Shown here piece by piece: positions 13,001 through 26,041 of a stretch of DNA of 64,000 nucleotides (its first letter is position 1; every line of letters starts with the position of its first letter). Both the position numbers and the translations under genes were made by a program. The notes below the pieces were generated by a model, which saw only the letters and a program-made list of their open reading frames with translations, did not search any database and was not told the DNA's origin. The DNA is taken from the NCBI RefSeq assembly GCF_009914755.1, contig NC_060931.1. One strand, written 5' to 3'. The stretch comes from the human T2T-CHM13v2.0 reference genome, Homo sapiens.

Positions 13001-15903
13001 AGGACAATTGCAGAAAAGGAAATATCTTCGTATAATAACCAGACAGAATCATTCTCAGAAAGTGCTTTGTGATGTGTGCGTTCAACTCACAGAGTTTAAC
13101 CTTTCTTTTCATAGAGGAGTTTGGAAACACACTGTTTGTAAAGTCTGCAAGTGGATATATGGACCTGTTTGAGGCCTTCGTTGGAAACGGGATTTCTTCA
13201 TTGAATGCTAGACGGAAGAATTCTCAGTAAATTCTTTGTGTTGTGTGCATTCAACTCACAGAGTGGAACGTCCCTTTAGACAGAGCAGATTTGAAACACT
13301 CTTTTTGCGGAATTTGCAAGTGGAGATTTCTAGCCATTTGATGACAACAGTAGAAAGGGAAATATCTTCAAATAAAAACCAGACAGAATCATTCTCAGAA
13401 AATTCTTTGTGATGTGTGCGTTCAACTCACATAGTTTAACCTTTCTTTTCATAGAGCAGTTTGGAAACACTCTGTTTGTAAAGTCTGCAAGTGGATATAT
13501 GGACCGCATTGAGGCCTTCGTTGGAAACGGGATTTCTTCATTTCATGCTAGACAGAAGAATTCTCAGTAACTTCTTTGTGCTGTGTGTATTCAACTCACA
13601 GAGTGGAACGTCCCTTTGCACAGAGCAGATTTGAAACACTCTTTTTGTGGAGTTTGCAAGTGGAGATTTCAAGCGATTTGATGCCAACAGTAGAAAAGGA
13701 AATATCTTCAAATAAAAACTAGACAGAATCATTCTCAGAAACTACTTTGTGATGTGTGCCTTCAACTCACAGAGTTTAACCTTTCTTTTCTTAGAGCAGT
13801 TTAGAAACACTCTGCTTGTTATGTCTGCAAGTGGATATTTGGACCTCTTTGAGGCCTTCGTTGCAAACGGGGTTTCTTCCTTTCATGCTAGACTAAGAAG
13901 AGTTCTCAGTAACTTTTTTGTGTTGTGTGTATTCAACTCACAGAGTTGAACCTTGCTTTAGAGAGAGCAGATTTGAAACACTCTTGCTGTGGCATTTTCA
14001 GGTGGAGATTTCAAGCGATTTGAGGACAATTGCAGAAAAGGAAATATCTTCGTATAATAACCAGACAGAATCATTCTCAGAAAGTGCTTTGTGATGTGTG
14101 CGTTCAACTCACAGAGTTTAACCTTTCTTTTCATACAGGAGTTTGGAAACACACTGTTTGTAAAGTCTGCAAGTGGATATATGGACCTGTTTGAGGCCTT
14201 CGTTGGAAACGGGATTTCTTCATTGAATGCTAGACGGAAGAATTCTCAGTAAATTCTTTGTGTTGTGTGCATTCAACTCACAGAGTGGAACGTCCCTTTA
14301 GACAGAGCAGATTTGAAACACTCTTTTTGCGGAATTTGCAAGTGGAGATTTCTAGCCATTTGATGCCAACAGTAGAAAGGGAAATATCTTCAAATAAAAA
14401 CCAGACAGAATCATTCTCAGAAAATTCTTTGTGATGTGTGCGTTCAACTCACATAGTTTAACCTTTCTTTTCATAGAGCAGTTTGGAAACACTCTGTTTG
14501 TAAAGTCTGCAAGTGGATATATGGACCGCATTGAGGCCTTCGTTGGAAACGGGATTTCTTCATTTCATGCTAGACAGAAGAATTCTCAGTAACTTCTTTG
14601 TGCTGTGTGTATTCAACTCACAGAGTGGAACGTCCCTTTGCACAGAGCAGATTTGAAACACTCTTTTTGTGGAGTTTGCAAGTGGAGATTTCAAGCGATT
14701 TGATGCCAACAGTAGAAAAGGAAATATCTTCAAATAAAAACTAGACAGAATCATTCTCAGAAACTACTTTGTGATGTGTGCCTTCAACTCACAGAGTTTA
14801 ACCTTTCTTTTCTTAGAGCAGTTTAGAAACACTCTGCTTGTTATGTCTGCAAGTGGATATTTGGACCTCTTTGAGGCCTTCGTTGCAAACGGGGTTTCTT
14901 CCTTTCATGCTAGACTAAGAAGAGTTCTCAGTAACTTTTTTGTGTTGTGTGTATTCAACTCACAGAGTTGAACCTTGCTTTAGAGAGAGCAGATTTGAAA
15001 CACTCTTGCTGTGGCATTTTCAGGTGGAGATTTCAAGCGATTTGAGGACAATTGCAGAAAAGGAAATATCTTCGTATAATAACCAGACAGAATCATTCTC
15101 AGAAAGTGCTTTGTGATGTGTGCGTTCAACTCACAGAGTTTAACCTTTCTTTTCATAGAGGAGTTTGGAAACACACTGTTTGTAAAGTCTGCAAGTGGAT
15201 ACATGGACCTGTTTGAGGCCTTCGTTGGAAACGGGATTTCTTCATTGAATGCTAGACGGAAGAATTCTCAGTAAATTCTTTGTGTTGTGTGCATTCAACT
15301 CACAGAGTGGAACGTCCCTTTAGACAGAGCAGATTTGAAACACTCTTTTTGCGGAATTTGCAAGTGGAGATTTCTAGCCATTTGATGCCAACAGTAGAAA
15401 GGGAAATATCTTCAAATAAAAACCAGACAGAATCATTCTCAGAAAATTCTTTGTGATGTGTGCGTTCAACTCACATAGTTTAACCTTTCTTTTCATAGAG
15501 CAGTTTGGAAACACTCTGTTTGTAAAGTCTGCAAGTGGATATATGGACCGCATTGAGGCCTTCGTTGGAAACGGGATTTCTTCATTTCATGCTAGACAGA
15601 AGAATTCTCAGTAACTTCTTTGTGCTGTGTGTATTCAACTCACAGAGTGGAACGTCCCTTTGCACAGAGCAGATTTGAAACACTCTTTTTGTGGAGTTTG
15701 CAAGTGGAGATTTCAAGCGATTTGATGCCAACAGTAGAAAAGGAAATATCTTCAAATAAAAACTAGACAGAATCATTCTCAGAAACTACTTTGTCATGTG
15801 TGCCTTCAACTCACAGAGTTCAACCTTTCTTTTTTTAGAGCAGTTTAGAAACACTCTGCTTGTTATGTCTGCAAGTGGATATTTGGACCTCTTTGAGGCC
15901 TTT
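1041..15903 (+). repeat. Tandem duplication of an 8-HOR block (period 8176 bp)
   Basis: Seven shared variants exactly 8176 bp apart, plus an identical rel-894 allele pattern in HOR1-8 and HOR9-16. Confidence 0.9.
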
Positions 15904-18900
15904 GTTGCAAACGGGGTTTCTTCCTTTCATGCTAGACTAAGAAGAGTTCTCAGTAACTTTTTTGTGTTGTGTGTATTCAACTCACAGAGTTGAACCTTGC
16001 TTTAGAGAGAGCAGATTTGAAACACTCTTGCTGTGGCATTTTCAGGTGGAGATTTCAAGCGATTTGAGGACAATTGCAGAAAAGGAAATATCTTCGTATA
16101 ATAACCAGACAGAATCATTCTCAGAAAGTGCTTTGTGATGTGTGCGTTCAACTCACAGAGTTTAACCTTTCTTTTCATAGAGGAGTTTGGAAACACACTG
16201 TTTGTAAAGTCTGCAAGTGGATATATGGACCTGTTTGAGGCCTTCGTTGGAAACGGGATTTCTTCATTGAATGCTAGACGGAAGAATTCTCAGTAAATTC
16301 TTTGTGTTGTGTGCATTCAACTCACAGAGTGGAACGTCCCTTTAGACAGAGCAGATTTGAAACACTCTTTTTGCGGAATTTGCAAGTGGAGATTTCTAGC
16401 CATTTGATGCCAACAGTAGAAAAGGAAATATCTTCAAATAAAAACCAGACAGAATCATTCTCAGAAAATTCTTTGTGATGTGTGCGTTCAACTCACATAG
16501 TTTAACCTTTCTTTTCATAGAGCAGTTTGGAAACACTCTGTTTGTAAAGTCTGCAAGTGGATATATGGACCGCATTGAGGCCTTCGTTGGAAACGGGATT
16601 TCTTCATTTCATGCTAGACAGAAGAATTCTCAGTAACTTCTTTGTGCTGTGTGTATTCAACTCACAGAGTGGAACGTCCCTTTGCACAGAGCAGATTTGA
16701 AACACTCTTTTTGTGGAGTTTGCAAGTGGAGATTTCAAGGGATTTGATGCCAACAGTAGAAAAGGAAATATCTTCAAATAAAAACTAGACAGAATCATTC
16801 TCAGAAACTACTTTGTGATGTGTGCCTTCAACTCACAGAGTTTAACCTTTCTTTTCTTAGAGCAGTTTAGAAACACTCTGCTTGTTATGTCTGCAAGTGG
16901 ATATTTGGACCTCTTTGAGGCCTTCGTTGCAAACGGGGTTTCTTCCTTTCATGCTAGACTAAGAAGAGTTCTCAGTAACTTTTTTGTGTTGTGTGTATTC
17001 AACTCACAGAGTTGAACCTTGCTTTAGAGAGAGCAGATTTGAAACACTCTTGCTGTGGCATTTTCAGGTGGAGATTTCAAGCGATTTGAGGACAATTGCA
17101 GAAAAGGAAATATCTTCGTATAATAACCAGACAGAATCATTCTCAGAAAGTGCTTTGTGATGTGTGCGTTCAACTCACAGAGTTTAACCTTTCTTTTCAT
17201 AGAGGAGTTTGGAAACACACTGTTTGTAAAGTCTGCAAGTGGATATATGGACCTGTTTGAGGCCTTCGTTGGAAACGGGATTTCTTCATTGAATGCTAGA
17301 CGGAAGAATTCTCAGTAAATTCTTTGTGTTGTGTGCATTCAACTCACAGAGTGGAACGTCCCTTTAGACAGAGCAGATTTGAAACCCTCTTTTTGCGGAA
17401 TTTGCAAGTGGAGATTTCTAGCCATTTGATGCCAACAGTAGAAAGGGAAATATCTTCAAATAAAAACCAGACAGAATCATTCTCAGAAAATTCTTTGTGA
17501 TGTGTGCGTTCAACTCACATAGTTTAACCTTTCTTTTCATAGAGCAGTTTGGAAACACTCTGTTTGTAAAGTCTGCAAGTGGATATATGGACCGCATTGA
17601 GGCCTTCGTTGGAAACGGGATTTCTTCATTTCATGCTAGACAGAAGAATTCTCAGTAACTTCTTTGTGCTGTGTGTATTCAACTCACAGAGTGGAACGTC
17701 CCTTTGCACAGAGCAGATTTGAAACACTCTTTTTGTGGAGTTTGCAAGTGGAGATTTCAAGCGATTTGATGCCAACAGTAGAAAAGGAAATATCTTCAAA
17801 TAAAAACTAGACAGAATCATTCTCAGAAACTACTTTGTGATGTGTGCCTTCAACTCACACAGTTCAACCTTTCTTTTCTTAGAGCAGTTTAGAAACACTC
17901 TGCTTGTTATGTCTGCAAGTGGATATTTGGACCTCTTTGAGGCCTTCGTTGCAAACGGGGTTTCTTCCTTTCATGCTAGACTAAGAAGAGTTCTCAGTAA
18001 CTTTTTTGTGTTGTGTGTATTCAACTCACAGAGTTGAACCTTGCTTTAGAGAGAGCAGATTTGAAACACTCTTGCTGTGGCATTTTCAGGTGGAGATTTC
18101 AAGCGATTTGAGGACAATTGCAGTAAAGGAAATATCTTCGTATAATAACCAGACAGAATCATTCTCAGAAAGTGCTTTGTGATGTGTGCGTTCAACTCAC
18201 AGAGTTTAACCTTTCTTTTCATAGAGGAGTTTGGAAACACACTGTTTGTAAAGTCTGCAAGTGGATATATGGACCTGTTTGAGGCCTTCGTTGGAAACGG
18301 GATTTCTTCATTGAATGCTAGACGGAAGAATTCTCAGTAAATTCTTTGTGTTGTGTGCATTCAACTCACAGAGTGGAACGTCCCTTTAGACAGAGCAGAT
18401 TTGAAACCCTCTTTTTGCGGAATTTGCAAGTGGAGATTTCTAGCCATTTGATGCCAACAGTAGAAAGGGAAATATCTTCAAATAAAAACCAGACAGAATC
18501 ATTCTCAGAAAATTCTTTGTGATGTGTGCGTTCAACTCACATAGTTTAACCTTTCTTTTCATAGAGCAGTTTGGAAACACTCTGTTTGTAAAGTCTGCAA
18601 GTGGATATATGGACCGCATTGAGGCCTTCGTTGGAAACGGGATTTCTTCATTTCATGCTAGACAGAAGAATTCTCAGTAACTTCTTTGTGCTGTGTGTAT
18701 TCAACTCACAGAGTGGAACGTCCCTTTGCACAGAGCAGATTTGAAACACTCTTTTTGTGGAGTTTGCAAGTGGAGATTTCAAGCGATTTGATGCCAACAG
18801 TAGAAAAGGAAATATCTTCAAATAAAAACTAGACAGAATCATTCTCAGAAACTACTTTGTGATGTGTGCCTTCAACTCACAGAGTTCAACCTTTCTTTTC

Positions 18901-21900
18901 TTAGAGCAGTTTAGAAACACTCTGCTTGTTATGTCTGCAAGTGGATATTTGGACCTCTTTGAGGCCTTCGTTGCAAACGGGGTTTCTTCCTTTCATGCTA
19001 GACTAAGAAGAGTTCTCAGTAACTTTTTTGTGTTGTGTGTATTCAACTCACAGAGTTGAACCTTGCTTTAGAGAGAGCAGATTTGAAACACTCTTGCTGT
19101 GGCATTTTCAGGTGGAGATTTCAAGCGATTTGAGGACAATTGCAGAAAAGGAAATATCTTCGTATAATAACCAGACAGAATCATTCTCAGAAAGTGCTTT
19201 GTGATGTGTGCGTTCAACTCACAGAGTTTAACCTTTCTTTTCATAGAGGAGTTTGGAAACACACTGTTTGTAAAGTCTGCAAGTGGATATATGGACCTGT
19301 TTGAGGCCTTCGTTGGAAACGGGATTTCTTCATTGAATGCTAGACGGAAGAATTCTCAGTAAATTCTTTGTGTTGTGTGCATTCAACTCACAGAGTGGAA
19401 CGTCCCTTTAGACAGAGCAGATTTGAAACACTCTTTTTGCGGAATTTGCAAGTGGAGATTTCTAGCCATTTGATGCCAACAGTAGAAAAGGAAATATCTT
19501 CAAATAAAAACCAGACAGAATCATTCTCAGAAAATTCTTTGTGATGTGTGCGTTCAACTCACATAGTTTAACCTTTCTTTTCATAGAGCAGTTTGGAAAC
19601 ACTCTGTTTGTAAAGTCTGCAAGTGGATATATGGACCGCATTGAGGCCTTCGTTGGAAACGGGATTTCTTCATTTCATGCTAGACAGAAGAATTCTCAGT
19701 AACTTCTTTGTGCTGTGTGTATTCAACTCACAGAGTGGAACGTCCCTTTGCACAGAGCAGATTTGAAACACTCTTTTTGTGGAGTTTGCAAGTGGAGATT
19801 TCAAGCGATTTGATGCCAACAGTAGAAAAGGAAATATCTTCAAATAAAAACTAGACAGAATCATTCTCAGAAACTACTTTGTGATGTGTGCCTTCAACTC
19901 ACAGAGTTCAACCTTTCTTTTCTTAGAGCAGTTTAGAAACACTCTGCTTGTTATGTCTGCAAGTGGATATTTGGACCTCTTTGAGGCCTTTGTTGCAAAC
20001 GGGGTTTCTTCCTTTCATGCTAGACTAAGAAGAGTTCTCAGTAACTTTTTTGTGTTGTGTGTATTCAACTCACAGAGTTGAACCTTGCTTTAGAGAGAGC
20101 AGATTTGAAACACTCTTGCTGTGGCATTTTCAGGTGGAGATTTCAAGCGATTTGAGGACAATTGCAGAAAAGGAAATATCTTCGTATAATAACCAGACAG
20201 AATCATTCTCAGAAAGTGCTTTGTGATGTGTGCGTTCAACTCACAGAGTTTAACCTTTCTTTTCATAGAGGAGTTTGGAAACACACTGTTTGTAAAGTCT
20301 GCAAGTGGATATATGGACCTGTTTGAGGCCTTCTTTGGAAACGGGATTTCTTCATTGAATGCTAGACGGAAGAATTCTCAGTAAATTCTTTGTGTTGTGT
20401 GCATTCAACTCACAGAGTGGAACGTCCCGTTAGACAGAGCAGATTTGAAACACTCTTTTTGCGGAATTTGCAAGTGGAGATTTCTAGCCATTTGATGCCA
20501 ACAGTAGAAAAGGAAATATCTTCAAATAAAAACCAGACAGAATCATTCTCAGAAAATTCTTTGTGATGTGTGCGTTCAACTCACATAGTTTAACCTTTCT
20601 TTTCATAGAGCAGTTTGGAAACACTCTGTTTGTAAAGTCTGCAAGTGGATATATGGACCGCATTGAGGCCTTCGTTGGAAACGGGATTTCTTCATTTCAT
20701 GCTAGACAGAAGAATTCTCAGTAACTTCTTTGTGCTGTGTGTATTCAACTCACAGAGTGGAACGTCCCTTTGCACAGAGCAGATTTGAAACACTCTTTTT
20801 GTGGAGTTTGCAAGTGGAGATTTCAAGGGATTTGATGCCAACAGTAGAAAAGGAAATATCTTCAAATAAAAACTAGACAGAATCATTCTCAGAAACTACT
20901 TTGTGATGTGTGCCTTCAACTCACAGAGTTTAACCTTTCTTTTCTTAGAGCAGTTTAGAAACACTCTGCTTGTTATGTCTGCAAGTGGATATTTGGACCT
21001 CTTTGAGGCCTTCGTTGCAAACGGGGTTTCTTCCTTTCATGCTAGACTAAGAAGAGTTCTCAGTAACTTTTTTGTGTTGTGTGTATTCAACTCACAGAGT
21101 TGAACCTTGCTTTAGAGAGAGCAGATTTGAAACACTCTTGCTGTGGCATTTTCAGGTGGAGATTTCAAGCGATTTGAGGACAATTGCAGAAAAGGAAATA
21201 TCTTCGTATAATAACCAGACAGAATCATTCTCAGAAAGTGCTTTGTGATGTGTGGGTTCAACTCACAGAGTTTAACCTTTCTTTTCATAGAGGAGTTTGG
21301 AAACACACTGTTTGTAAAGTCTGCAAGTGGATATATGGACCTGTTTGAGGCCTTCGTTGGAAACGGGATTTCTTCATTGAATGCTAGACGGAAGAATTCT
21401 CAGTAAATTCTTTGTGTTGTGTGCATTCAACTCACAGAGTGGAACGTCCCTTTAGACAGAGCAGATTTGAAACACTCTTTTTGCGGAATTTGCAAGTGGA
21501 GATTTCTAGCCATTTGATGCCAACAGTAGAAAGGGAAATATCTTCAAATAAAAACCAGACAGAATCATTCTCAGAAAATTCTTTGTGATGTGTGCGTTCA
21601 ACTCACATAGTTTAACCTTTCTTTTCATAGAGCAGTTTGGAAACACTCTGTTTGTAAAGTCTGCAAGTGGATATATGGACCGCATTGAGGCCTTCGTTGG
21701 AAACGGGATTTCTTCATTTCATGCTAGACAGAAGAATTCTCAGTAACTTCTTTGTGCTGTGTGTATTCAACTCACAGAGTGGAACGTCCCTTTGCACAGA
21801 GCAGATTTGAAACACTCTTTTTGTGGAGTTTGCAAGTGGAGATTTCAAGCGATTTGATGCCAACAGTAGAAAAGGAAATATCTTCAAATAAAAACTAGAC

Positions 21901-24900
21901 AGAATCATTCTCAGAAACTACTTTGTGATGTGTGCCTTCAACACACACAGTTCAACCTTTCTTTTCTTAGAGCAGTTTAGAAACACTCTGCTTGTTATGT
22001 CTGCAAGTGGATATTTGGACCTCTTTGAGGCCTTCGTTGCAAACGGGGTTTCTTCCTTTCATGCTAGACTAAGAAGAGTTCTCAGTAACTTTTTTGTGTT
22101 GTGTGTATTCAACTCACAGAGTTGAACCTTGCTTTAGAGAGAGCAGATTTGAAACACTCTTGCTGTGGCATTTTCAGGTGGAGATTTCAAGCGATTTGAG
22201 GACAATTGCAGAAAAGGAAATATCTTCGTATAATAACCAGACAGAATCATTCTCAGAAAGTGCTTTGTGATGTGTGCGTTCAACTCACAGAGTTTAACCT
22301 TTCTTTTCATAGAGGAGTTTGGAAACACACTGTTTGTAAAGTCTGCAAGTGGATATATGGACCTGTTTGAGGTCTCCGTTGGAAACGGGATTTCTTCATT
22401 GAATGCTAGACGGAAGAATTCTCAGTAAATTCTTTGTGTTGTGTGCATTCAACTCACAGAGTGGAACGTCCCTTTAGACAGAGCAGATTTGAAACACTCT
22501 TTTTGCGGAATTTGCAAGTGGAGATTTCTAGCCATTTGATGCCAACAGTAGAAAGGGAAATATCTTCAAATAAAAACCAGACAGAATCATTCTCAGAAAA
22601 TTCTTTGTGATGTGTGCGTTCAACTCACATAGTTTAACCTTTCTTTTCATAGAGCAGTTTGGAAACACTCTGTTTGTAAAGTCTGCAAGTGGATATATGG
22701 ACCGCATTGAGGCCTTCGTTGGAAACGGGATTTCTTCATTTCATGCTAGACAGAAGAATTCTCAGTAACTTCTTTGTGCTGTGTGTATTCAACTCACAGA
22801 GTGGAACGTCCCTTTGCACAGAGCAGATTTGAAACACTCTTTTTGTGGAGTTTGCAAGTGGAGATTTCAAGCGATTTGATGCCAACAGTAGAAAAGGAAA
22901 TATCTTCAAATAAAAACTAGACAGAATCATTCTCAGAAACTACTTTGTGATGTGTGCCTTCAACTCACAGAGTTCAACCTTTCTTTTCTTAGAGCAGTTT
23001 AGAAACACTCTGCTTGTTATGTCTGCAAGTGGATATTTGGACCTCTTTGAGGCCTTCGTTGCAAACGGGGTTTCTTCCTTTCATGCTAGACTAAGAAGAG
23101 TTCTCAGTAACTTTTTTGTGTTGTGTGTATTCAACTCACAGAGTTGAACCTTGCTTTAGAGAGAGCAGATTTGAAACACTCTTGCTGTGGCATTTTCAGG
23201 TGGAGATTTCAAGCGATTTGAGGACAATTGCAGAAAAGGAAATATCTTCGTATAATAACCAGACAGAATCATTCTCAGAAAGTGCTTTGTGATGTGTGCG
23301 TTCAACTCACAGAGTTTAACCTTTCTTTTCATAGAGGAGTTTGGAAACACACTGTTTGTAAAGTCTGCAAGTGGATATATGGACCTGTTTGAGGCCTTCG
23401 TTGGAAACGGGATTTCTTCATTGAATGCTAGACGGAAGAATTCTCAGTAAATTCTTTGTGTTGTGTGCATTCAACTCACAGAGTGGAACGTCCCTTTAGA
23501 CAGAGCAGATTTGAAACACTCTTTTTGCGGAATTTGCAAGTGGAGATTTCTAGCCATTTGATGCCAACAGTAGAAAAGGAAATATCTTCAAATAAAAACC
23601 AGACAGAATCATTCTCAGAAAATTCTTTGTGATGTGTGCGTTCAACTCACATAGTTTAACCTTTCTTTTCATAGAGCAGTTTGGAAACACTCTGTTTGTA
23701 AAGTCTGCAAGTGGATATATGGACCGCATTGAGGCCTTCGTTGGAAACGGGATTTCTTCATTTCATGCTAGACAGAAGAATTCTCAGTAACTTCTTTGTG
23801 CTGTGTGTATTCAACTCACAGAGTGGAACGTCCCTTTGCACAGAGCAGATTTGAAACACTCTTTTTGTGGAGTTTGCAAGTGGAGATTTCAAGCGATTTG
23901 ATGCCAACAGTAGAAAAGGAAATATCTTCAAATAAAAACTAGACAGAATCATTCTCAGAAACTACTTTGTGATGTGTGCCTTCAACTCACAGAGTTCAAC
24001 CTTTCTTTTCTTAGAGCAGTTTAGAAACACTCTGCTTGTTATGTCTGCAAGTGGATATTTGGACCTCTTTGAGGCCTTTGTTGCAAACGGGGTTTCTTCC
24101 TTTCATGCTAGACTAAGAAGAGTTCTCAGTAACTTTTTTGTGTTGTGTGTATTCAACTCACAGAGTTGAACCTTGCTTTAGAGAGAGCAGATTTGAAACA
24201 CTCTTGCTGTGGCATTTTCAGGTGGAGATTTCAAGCGATTTGAGGACAATTGCAGAAAAGGAAATATCTTCGTATAATAACCAGACAGAATCATTCTCAG
24301 AAAGTGCTTTGTGATGTGTGCGTTCAACTCACAGAGTTTAACCTTTCTTTTCATAGAGGAGTTTGGAAACACACTGTTTGTAAAGTCTGCAAGTGGATAT
24401 ATGGACCTGTTTGAGGCCTTCGTTGGAAACGGGATTTCTTCATTGAATGCTAGACGGAAGAATTCTCAGTAAATTCTTTGTGTTGTGTGCATTCAACTCA
24501 CAGAGTGGAACGTCCCTTTAGACAGAGCAGATTTGAAACACTCTTTTTGCGGAATTTGCAAGTGGAGATTTCTAGCCATTTGATGCCAACAGTAGAAAAG
24601 GAAATATCTTCAAATAAAAACCAGACAGAATCATTCTCAGAAAATTCTTTGTGATGTGTGCGTTCAACTCACATAGTTTAACCTTTCTTTTCATAGAGCA
24701 GTTTGGAAACACTCTGTTTGTAAAGTCTGCAAGTGGATATATGGACCGCATTGAGGCCTTCGTTGGAAACGGGATTTCTTCATTTCATGCTAGACAGAAG
24801 AATTCTCAGTAACTTCTTTGTGCTGTGTGTATTCAACTCACAGAGTGGAACGTCCCTTTGCACAGAGCAGATTTGAAACACTCTTTTTGTGGAGTTTGCA

Positions 24901-26041
24901 AGTGGAGATTTCAAGCGATTTGATGCCAACAGTAGAAAAGGAAATATCTTCAAATAAAAACTAGACAGAATCATTCTCAGAAACTACTTTGTGATGTGTG
25001 CCTTCAACTCACAGAGTTTAACCTTTCTTTTCTTAGAGCAGTTTAGAAACACTCTGCTTGTTATGTCTGCAAGTGGATATTTGGACCTCTTTGAGGCCTT
25101 CGTTGCAAACGGGGTTTCTTCCTTTCATGCTAGACTAAGAAGAGTTCTCAGTAACTTTTTTGTGTTGTGTGTATTCAACTCACAGAGTTGAACCTTGCTT
25201 TAGAGAGAGCAGATTTGAAACACTCTTGCTGTGGCATTTTCAGGTGGAGATTTCAAGCGATTTGAGGACAATTGCAGAAAAGGAAATATCTTCGTATAAT
25301 AACCAGACAGAATCATTCTCAGAAAGTGCTTTGTGATGTGTGCGTTCAACTCACAGAGTTTAACCTTTCTTTTCATAGAGGAGTTTGGAAACACACTGTT
25401 TGTAAAGTCTGCAAGTGGATATATGGACCTGTTTGAGGCCTTCGTTGGAAACGGGATTTCTTCATTGAATGCTAGACGGAAGAATTCTCAGTAAATTCTT
25501 TGTGTTGTGTGCATTCAACTCACAGAGTGGAACGTCCCTTTAGACAGAGCAGATTTGAAACACTCTTTTTGCGGAATTTGCAAGTGGAGATTTCTAGCCA
25601 TTTGATGCCAACAGTAGAAAGGGAAATATCTTCAAATAAAAACCAGACAGAATCATTCTCAGAAAATTCTTTGTGATGTGTGCGTTCAACTCACATAGTT
25701 TAACCTTTCTTTTCATAGAGCAGTTTGGAAACACTCTGTTTGTAAAGTCTGCAAGTGGATATATGGACCGCATTGAGGCCTTCGTTGGAAACGGGATTTC
25801 TTCATTTCATGCTAGACAGAAGAATTCTCAGTAACTTCTTTGTGCTGTGTGTATTCAACTCACAGAGTGGAACGTCCCTTTGCACAGAGCAGATTTGAAA
25901 CACTCTTTTTGTGGGGTTTGCAAGTGGAGATTTCAAGCGATTTGATGCCAACAGTAGAAAAGGAAATATCTTCAAATAAAAACTAGACAGAATCATTCTC
26001 AGAAACTACTTTGTGATGTGTGCCTTCAACTCACACAGTTC
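15821..26041 (+). repeat. Near-triplication of a 4-HOR block (period 4088 bp)
   Basis: Variants rel 573T, 71A, 486C, 491C and 388G recur at 4088-bp intervals. Confidence 0.85.
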
